Origin: a virus
Strand: one strand, 5' to 3'
DNA: 64,000 bases
Virus record (IMG/VR): IMGVR_UViG_3300045988_165521
This document shows, in pieces, positions 58,138 to 64,000 of this stretch; the stretch's first letter is position 1, and each line of letters starts with the position of its first letter. A model generated the notes under the pieces. The model did no database searches. It saw only the letters and a program-made list of their open reading frames with translations, and was not told the DNA's origin. Both the position numbers and the translations under genes were made by a program.

Positions 58138-58822
58138 TGTTTATTATATTTGGTTTTATATATTGTTCTATTATTGCTCCGTATCTAATTAAATTCTCTT
58201 TAATAGTACTATCTTCATATCCTACTTCGTTTTCTTTTTCTCAAGTGAATCCTAAAATTCCTGTTGGAGTTCCAGTATCATCTTTTAGTAGAGTACATGC
58301 TAAATATTCTACATTATTTTTTCCAAATCGATCATACATTACATGATCTATTTGTTCTAAAGTAGTTAAGTTACCGATAAACTGATTATGTGTTTTTAAA
58401 TAATCAGGAAGATTTAATCAACTAAGATGAAAATTATCATATTGTTCTTTGATTGAGTGTGCGTTTTCTCCACATAACTCAAATCGCATAGAACCATATA
58501 ATCAATCAGAAATACCATTGTGATATTGTATTACTCATACTCTATCTGCACCTGACATATATAATAGTCTTGGAAGTAAATCTTTAACTTTCTTATCATC
58601 ATCAATCCTATTTAACAATTCTTGTGAATGTTTCTGACTCATATATTCTGAATACTTATCAAATAAAAATGTTGGATCATAACATATTCTCAAAGTAATA
58701 CTTAACATAAACATGATGATTAAGGCTTTAAAGATACTACATACTCCATAATCTCTAATATACTGTAGGATAGTCCCCAGTCATGAGAGTCCTGAGCTTA
58801 AATCATGTTGTTTCTTAGCCAT
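58121..58822 (-). CDS. membrane-anchored hypothetical protein, 233 aa
   Basis: ATG at 58822. There are 5 in-frame TGA. All triplets were checked. TAA at 58121. N-terminal TM segment SIFKALIIMFMLSITL. Confidence 0.6.
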
Positions 58823-58864
58823 ATCTGTTTCTTTAAATTATTTGTATAATTTTATTTGGATGAT

Positions 58865-58896
58865 GCAAATATATAATAATTTTTTTGTATATCCAA
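58865..58896 (-). promoter_or_regulatory. Bacteroidota-type promoter (TTTG-N20-TAtaTTTG), minus-strand arm of a divergent pair
   Basis: The minus strand reads TTTGgatatacaaaaaaattattaTAtaTTTG, upstream of the ATG at 58822. Confidence 0.6.
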
Positions 58897-58911
58897 ATAA
58901 ATCAGTAAAAT

Positions 58912-58943
58912 GTTTGTATATAATTAAATAAATAACTATATTT
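58912..58943 (+). promoter_or_regulatory. Bacteroidota-type promoter (TTTG-N20-TAtaTTTG), plus-strand arm
   Basis: TTTGtatataattaaataaataacTAtaTTTG, about 55 nt upstream of the ATG at 58998. Confidence 0.6.
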
Positions 58944-58997
58944 GCAGAAATAATGTGCTAACATAATGTAAATAAAATTTTAAAAATATTATAATTT

Positions 58998-59276
58998 ATG
59001 AAGTATAACGATGAAATACTAAACAAAATTGCTGAGTCTTATAGTAAAAAGATTGATGAAAATACTAATCTAGATAATGTAATACTTGGTTATTTAGAAA
59101 TGATGAAGAATGGTAGTAAAATCCATATTAAACCAGAAAATAGAGGTAAATTTAATGCTACTAAAAAGAAGACAGGTAAAACTACTGAAGAATTAACACA
59201 TAGTAAAAATCCAGTAACCAGAAAACGTGCTATTTTTGCTCAGAATGCTGCTAAGTGAAATAAGGGTAAAAAATAA
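58998..59276 (+). CDS. small basic protein, 92 aa
   Basis: Track ORF 58998..59258 ends at TGA and continues NKGKK to TAA at 59274. The C-terminal part is IHIKPENRGKFNATKKKTGKTTEELTHSKNPVTRKRAIFAQNAAK[W]. Confidence 0.6.
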
Positions 59277-59280
59277 AGGT

Positions 59281-60381
59281 ATGATAAAACAATTTATCTT
59301 TCAAAATATAGCTGGGGGGGGGGTTACTACTATAAGTTATGTAATAGGAGCAACTCTTTTTAGTAAAGGAGTATCAGAATTAGTATACGTTGATGAAACT
59401 AATGCGCATCACCTTTTAAAGAGATGAAATAATGAGTTAATAACGAATTTTACAATTGAAGTTCCAAAAAATATATTAACTTCTAGTTGAGGTCTTCAAT
59501 TAAAGTTGATAAATCCTGATTATGATGATGATTATAAGAGTTTTATTCAATCTTCTGTATATATGGATGGAACAGACATTACAAATTATGCTTATATTGA
59601 ATCAAGCACTGCACCTGATTCACATATTAATTTTAATGTTCTAACGGATGTTGGAGTTATTAGAAAAAATCTAACTATTACAATTAATCAACTTCCTATC
59701 AATGTATTCTATTTAACTTATAATTCTATTAATAAGCCAACTAGTACATTTGTTAATTTCAACCTTAATTCTAGTCTAGGTGTTACCGAATCAACAACCT
59801 GTAAACTAACTTATGGAACTGAAGGTGCAACTACTATAAAAACTGTAACATTACCAGCTGGAGAAAATATAGTAAGAGAACAAACTGGAACATTTTTTGC
59901 TACAATTCCATTAAATATGTATATTACTCCAAAAGAGTCTTCTAATATATTAAATAGACAGAATCTTTATTCTGGATTTGTTTGTATGAATTTTGATGAC
60001 GCTTACTTATATAATTCTACACCAGATGAACTTTTAAGTTGAAAAGAGGTTAAAACTAATTTCTGAAATAATAATATAAGTAAAACTAAAGTTACATTAA
60101 CTTTAACAACTACTGATGGAGATATTGTAAGTGCTCTTACGATGTTATCTATAGATAATAAAACTTTAATGTTCTTCTTTGATCCTAGAAGTAATATATA
60201 TAACCAAGCAGTTGAATCTATGACTTTTAAAGACGAATATTTAGGGTATAATCTTAGATATGAATTCCCAAGTAGCACTTCTGCCTGAACGACCCAGATA
60301 CAATTAAATGGACAATTTATAGGCCTAACAAATATTGGAACCTTAGAACCTGTTCCATTTAGGGGAAAATATAAAATATAA
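59281..60381 (+). CDS. beta-rich N/T/Y-rich protein, 366 aa, with G10 tract at codons 12-15
   Basis: ATG at 59281. One frame through TGA at 59425, 59488, 60040, 60064 and 60286. All triplets were checked. TAA at 60379. It is a distant paralog of the minus-strand gene at 63122..64000. Confidence 0.7.
59314..59323 (+). repeat. G10 homopolymer inside a coding region
   Basis: GCT GGG GGG GGG GTT. G9 or G11 would give a stop within 4 or 17 codons respectively. Confidence 0.9.
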
Positions 60382-60384
60382 TAA

Positions 60385-60410
60385 AAAAGGAACCCAATTG
60401 GGTTCCTTTT
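60385..60410. terminator. bidirectional intrinsic terminator between convergent genes
   Basis: aaaaggaaccc aatt gggttcctttt. Confidence 0.8.
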
Positions 60411-60413
60411 GTT

Positions 60414-60602
60414 TTAAGTTCTCATTTCTACACTAAATACTTCGAAATTAATCTCTACGTTTTCTCATTTTGGAAGACTGACTGCAGTTACAAATCCTCA
60501 TGAAGAAGACATAACTAGATGACAATCAACATCATTGTGTGTTTCTATTTCGTTTGTATCTATATTTCTTATTGTAACATTAACTCTTCCTATATTATCC
60601 AT
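60414..60602 (-). CDS. hypothetical small protein, 62 aa
   Basis: ATG at 60602. Two in-frame TGA. TAA at 60414, just 3' of the terminator stem. Confidence 0.4.
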
Positions 60603-60889
60603 TCCAAGTACTTCTATACCATCCTTCTATACCACATATTGCAATAAATATAAAATAGGTCAGTTCTGGGTTTATTAATATAGGATCTTCTTCCTCTTTC
60701 GCTAAATAATAGTTTGCATTTTGTCCTCAAGATTGATATACTTGTGGTGGATAAGATACAGGTAAGAAATCAGAATACATTCCTTCATTTAAGGATAGTT
60801 CTTCAGAAATAGCTCCTCCATCTTGTGTTATTAAGTATAATTTTGCTTCTTATGTATTTGGGAATGCAGTTAAAGTTCCTTCGTATCCA

Positions 60890-61609
60890 CTATTTCTTTG
60901 TTACAATAAATGTAGCACCAACAGAATATACTGTAGCATCATTAAGAGTAGCTATATCTTGTGCAAATAGTTTAGTATTATTTCCAAGATCTTCTGATTC
61001 TGTAAATATCATAAAGAACCCTTCATTTGAATAATTCATAAGGTTCTGCATACATGTATAAGAGCTTGCATTACTAATTACAAAATGACATGTAGAAGAA
61101 CCTGCTCTTATCATTAGGTCAGACTCACCTATTCATTGATTCCAATCTGCAGGCATTATAACACATTCTTCTGAATATTTATTTCCCAGCATAAAAGTAA
61201 GTGATGCAAATGCTGCTAAAGAAGAATTCTTTGGATTTCCACTAAGGCCATTAGTGCCATTAAATAAATCTACAGGAGTATCTAATTCTTGTATAACAGA
61301 GTCTCCTGTAAAAAGAAAATTTCTAAATTCAGAATCAGGAAATTCTGTTATATTAAAAGCAATCGGATATCCAAAAATGTCTCAACTTCTTTGAATCTCT
61401 TCTATAACATTAACATTATAAGGTGCTGCAACTGCAGTTAATGTATTATAATTTCCTGAAGAATCTAAATCTGTAGGTTTTGCTAATTGTAATATGGCAT
61501 GGAACTCATCATTACCCTCATGATACGTGCAGGTAGCTACTAACACTATACTTTCAGGAAATGGTGCTAATTTAATCTTGTTTATATTTTGTGATATAAA
61601 TGTTTTCAT
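60890..61609 (-). CDS. hypothetical protein, 239 aa
   Basis: Track ORFs 61382..61609 and 60890..61114 are in frame and joined by TGA (61382, 61133). The gap was checked. It ends with a genuine TAG at 60890. Confidence 0.6.
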
Positions 61610-61724
61610 TTTCTTTTATTTTTGTTTCTTGTTCAAATTCAAGAATTTTACTATAAAACTCAAAAAAGAATTCTTCGAGTGTTATCTTGGAATTCCTTTT
61701 TGCATTTTCTAATAAATCATTCAT
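61572..61724 (-). CDS. very small ORF (50 aa) in the lysis cassette
   Basis: ATG at 61724, TAA at 61572. It overlaps the next gene by 38 nt. Confidence 0.3.
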   Translation of the reverse strand: MNDLLENAKRNSKITLEEFFFEFYSKILEFEQETKIKENENIYITKYKQD

Positions 61725-61729
61725 AGTTA

Positions 61730-62125
61730 TTACCGTTTAGGAACTCCTCCAAACTTATCAGCTTGATTTTCTGGCCAAACTGAATAATAACTTTTAGCTC
61801 TAAGTTTAGCACTAATTCTTCTAAGACCTACTCAGCAAATACTGCATAAACCAGGGCCAGGTAAATAAAGCCATCCTCATCTAATACTCTGTCTTGTGTG
61901 GCCTCATTCATGATCTTTAATGCTGTTTCTATTATATTTTCTAGCAGATTCACCCATTAGAATATATAATCCTAATGAAATACCTCCAGGAAAGTCGCCA
62001 GCATAAATTGGAATTTGTTTGTATGTTTCTTTATACTCTACATTATAGAGTTTGGTTAAGATGAGACCTAGGAGACACTGTGGGAACTCCCAGATCCATC
62101 TTAATAGTTTAATATATCATTTCAT
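61730..62125 (-). CDS. multi-pass membrane protein with HE[W]GH motif, 131 aa (lysis-cassette partner, holin-like position)
   Basis: ATG at 62125. There are 4 in-frame TGA, all triplets were checked, and TAA is at 61730. Hydrophobic segments are LLRWIWEFPQCLLGLIL, GGISLGLYILMG and GWLYLPGPGLCSIC. The KDHE[TGA]GHTRQS motif has its middle residue encoded by TGA. Confidence 0.55.
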
Positions 62126-62128
62126 ATG

Positions 62129-62560
62129 TTATGCTTTAAAAAAGTATAGTTTTTTCCCATGTGTATTTGGAGAAATATCAATGTGTAATCAAGAGATTTC
62201 ACCTTTATTGTCTCATTTTTCTACTCGTATAGGATATCTAAGTTTATCTTGATTATTTTCGAGAATTTCTCTCATCTCTTTAGCAGTTAATTTAGTTGAT
62301 ATTAAATCAAACGCTTGACCTTTATAATGATAGCCTGTAGGAGTACCAACTCCACATCCAGGTTCTCTATAACCACTATAATTTCTAGATCCTCCTGCAT
62401 ATCAATTATTGCATATAAGAGGAACATTTAGAATTTCTCTAACATTCTCTAAAGCTTCAAGAGCTTTTGGATCTAGAAATTTTATAGCATCATCACCATA
62501 TTGATTATATATTTTAGATGATACTAATTCTTTTACTTGAAAATATTTATTTGCTTGCAT
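62129..62560 (-). CDS. endolysin, peptidase M15 (VanY/L-Ala-D-Glu peptidase-like), 143 aa
   Basis: ..GGSRNYSGYREPGCGVGTPTGYHYKGQAFDL.. and ..S[W]LHIDISP.. match the M15 metal-ligand pattern (H..G.A.D and W.H.D). There are three in-frame TGA. TAA at 62129. An alternative upstream ATG lies at 62599. Confidence 0.7.
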
Positions 62561-62561
62561 A

Positions 62562-63122
62562 TTAATTAGTACATGGATTATATAAGCATGCTCATGCATG
62601 TCCTATAAAAATCTTATTTCTAATATAATTATCTTCAATTTTATCTAACATTGTATAAAGCTCTGAAATTTTATATAATCAATGCTCTCCTTTATTTGAA
62701 GATTTTATAATTAAAGGAGTAAAGTTAAGTTCTTTAGATATAGAGGCCACTATTTTGTTTGCATTCTCAGAATATTCATCAGCATCATATAAACCATAAA
62801 AATCTTCATTTATAATAATATCTTTTAGCTGAGGTTTAATTCCAAAAACTTTAAACCGCTCTCACTCTATCTGAGATAAAAATCCAGAGGACAATCTTTT
62901 TGAAACAGTATCAATATATACTCTAGCGTAGTATTCTTCTGCAACTTTGATTATATCTGGCATAGTTTCTTTTAATGATTCAAATGAACCAAAAAATAAA
63001 TCTTTACAGATTCTTTTTTGAGTAGAATGACCATCTTTCAATCTTGAAAGAATTATTACTCTTACATAATAATCTTTTTCAAAGTGAAGAATAGGTTTTA
63101 ATATCTCTAAATTATTTATCAT
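62562..63122 (-). CDS. hypothetical protein, 186 aa
   Basis: ATG at 63122 (TAATG overlap). Track ORF 62862..63122 continues through TGA (62862, 62679, 62592) to TAA at 62562. Confidence 0.6.
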
Positions 63123-64000
63123 TATTGAAGGTATGTGTTAATATCATATATGAGATAAGATCCTACCAGACTTTCGTCTATATAATTTGAATCTCCATTT
63201 ACTGCAGTTTGTCCAGTTATAATAGGTATTCTTATCTGTTCAACTGCACTAAGTATAGCATCTATTTCCCCTGCAAAATAATAAGAAAGTACTGCATAAT
63301 TTACTCCCATATACATATTAGAAGCCATTCCATCTTTATCTACACATCTTAAATCAAATTGAGGTCTTGTCATACTAGAAACTAAATCTGCACGTTTAGC
63401 TCAATTAGTTTGTAGTTTACTTATATATGGATTGCTATTTGCATTAAATTCTAAAGTCATAGGATTGTTTACTACTAATATTCCTGCACTTGAATTATAT
63501 AAATCTGCTTTAAATATTCCTTGATAACTTCCAAACTGACTAATATCCATATAAAGATTAGTGTTTACTGCAATATATTCTCCTGATGCAGAAAACTCTG
63601 TGGGAGCTATATAATCGTATTTTGGATTAGGGTTACATATTTCAATAGTTGCAGAATTAAACGTCATACGTTCTAATGAAGATATTGGAAACGATAAGTA
63701 TACAGGTATAGCAAAATTCTTATGATCGAAACCAATACCTGTATCTTCTATTGTTCCCACAGATACAGTATAGTTTACAGGTATTGGAATCTCAACTCTC
63801 AAATAAGTAAATGTTAAACTTACAGTTATTTTAAAATATTGTTCTTGATCATCATAATCTAAAGGATAATCAAATGAAACCCCAAATAAGTAATTAGCCG
63901 TGCGTAAGGGTTCAATACCTGAATCTGTAATTTTTGGAACTGTATAATTTGGGCCATAAAAATAAAAATAAGACTTATTTATTTTTTTACTCCCCCCCCC
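63122..64000 (-). CDS. beta-rich protein, partial (N-terminus beyond the window end), paralog of 59281..60381
   Basis: Track ORFs 63401..63802 and 63122..63373 are in frame and joined by TGA at 63401. The frame stays open up to base 64000, where the codons read GGG GGG GGG followed by SKKINKSYFYFYG. Confidence 0.65.
63992..64000 (-). repeat. homopolymer of 9 or more C on the plus strand (poly-G on the coding strand), truncated by the window end
   Basis: The last nine bases of the window are C. Confidence 0.85.

Noticed and set aside
60595-60889. Protein-like frame (..GYEGTLTAFPNT-TAA-EAKLYLITQDGGAISEELSLNEGMYSDFLPVSYPPQVYQS[W]GQ...WYRSTWNG) between two called genes; possible disrupted gene, TAA read-through, or 61-aa ORF from ATG 60780
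   Set aside because: There is no start codon before an in-frame TAA, and the only ATG gives a 61-aa product without supporting signals. I could not decide between a decayed gene and a small membrane protein, so it is not listed as a feature.
1-64000. TGA as genuine stops (many short genes), as selenocysteine, or as Gly (code 25)
   Set aside because: The fragments would lack starts and promoters. Frames are conserved across dozens of TGAs, and real ends use TAA/TAG. No SECIS-like hairpins follow the TGAs, and they are far too frequent for Sec. Motif contexts (YATQxW, GKWEK, LGCWLGDG) call for Trp rather than Gly.
1-64000. CRISPR arrays, rRNA genes, integrase/recombinase genes or transposases
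   Set aside because: No regularly spaced direct repeats, no rRNA-like conserved stretches and no recognisable integrase or transposase motifs were seen on either strand. The only mobile elements supported are the intron, the intein and the GIY-YIG remnant.

Overview
AT-rich (roughly 30% GC by eye) structural, lysis and accessory region of a tailed dsDNA phage. Almost everything is transcribed on the minus strand (64000 -> 1). The six-frame track is misleading. Nearly every coding-strand fragment ends at TGA and resumes in the same frame, while genuine gene ends are TAA or TAG. The window therefore only makes sense if TGA is a sense codon (Trp, table-4-like). I checked the in-frame triplets across the gaps by hand and merged the fragments, which gives about 55 genes. 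In transcription order these are: a partial beta-rich protein with a poly-G tract; a lysis cassette with an M15 endolysin; a single plus-strand cassette (58998..60381); a PD-(D/E)XK nuclease interrupted by a class-3-type intein with a LAGLIDADG domain; two Zn-ribbon paralogs flanking a GIY-YIG remnant; a GroES-like protein; TerL (770 codons); a portal gene split by an ORF-less group I intron; two collagen-like fibres; three more fibre genes; an insulated 3-kb accessory cassette; scaffold-like protein plus putative major capsid protein; head-completion genes; three large tail proteins (609, 1067 and 1506 aa); and three giant virion proteins (1536 aa, 631 aa and >=1391 aa). Five exact matches to the Bacteroidota promoter consensus TTTG-N20-TAnnTTTG and several hairpin terminators define the transcription units. 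The most notable observations are as follows. (1) TGA->Trp recoding occurs together with Bacteroidota-type promoters. (2) The intron and the class 3 intein. (3) Three G9-G10 homopolymer tracts in a ~30% GC genome: two sit just after the start of paralogous genes and one sits upstream of a fibre gene, so they are candidate contingency loci. (4) A short [YF]-[KQ]-x-G-G motif recurs at the extreme N-termini and inside many virion proteins, which may mark processing or targeting sites. All functional calls come from motif recognition only. No database search was possible, and no tRNA, rRNA or CRISPR array was found.
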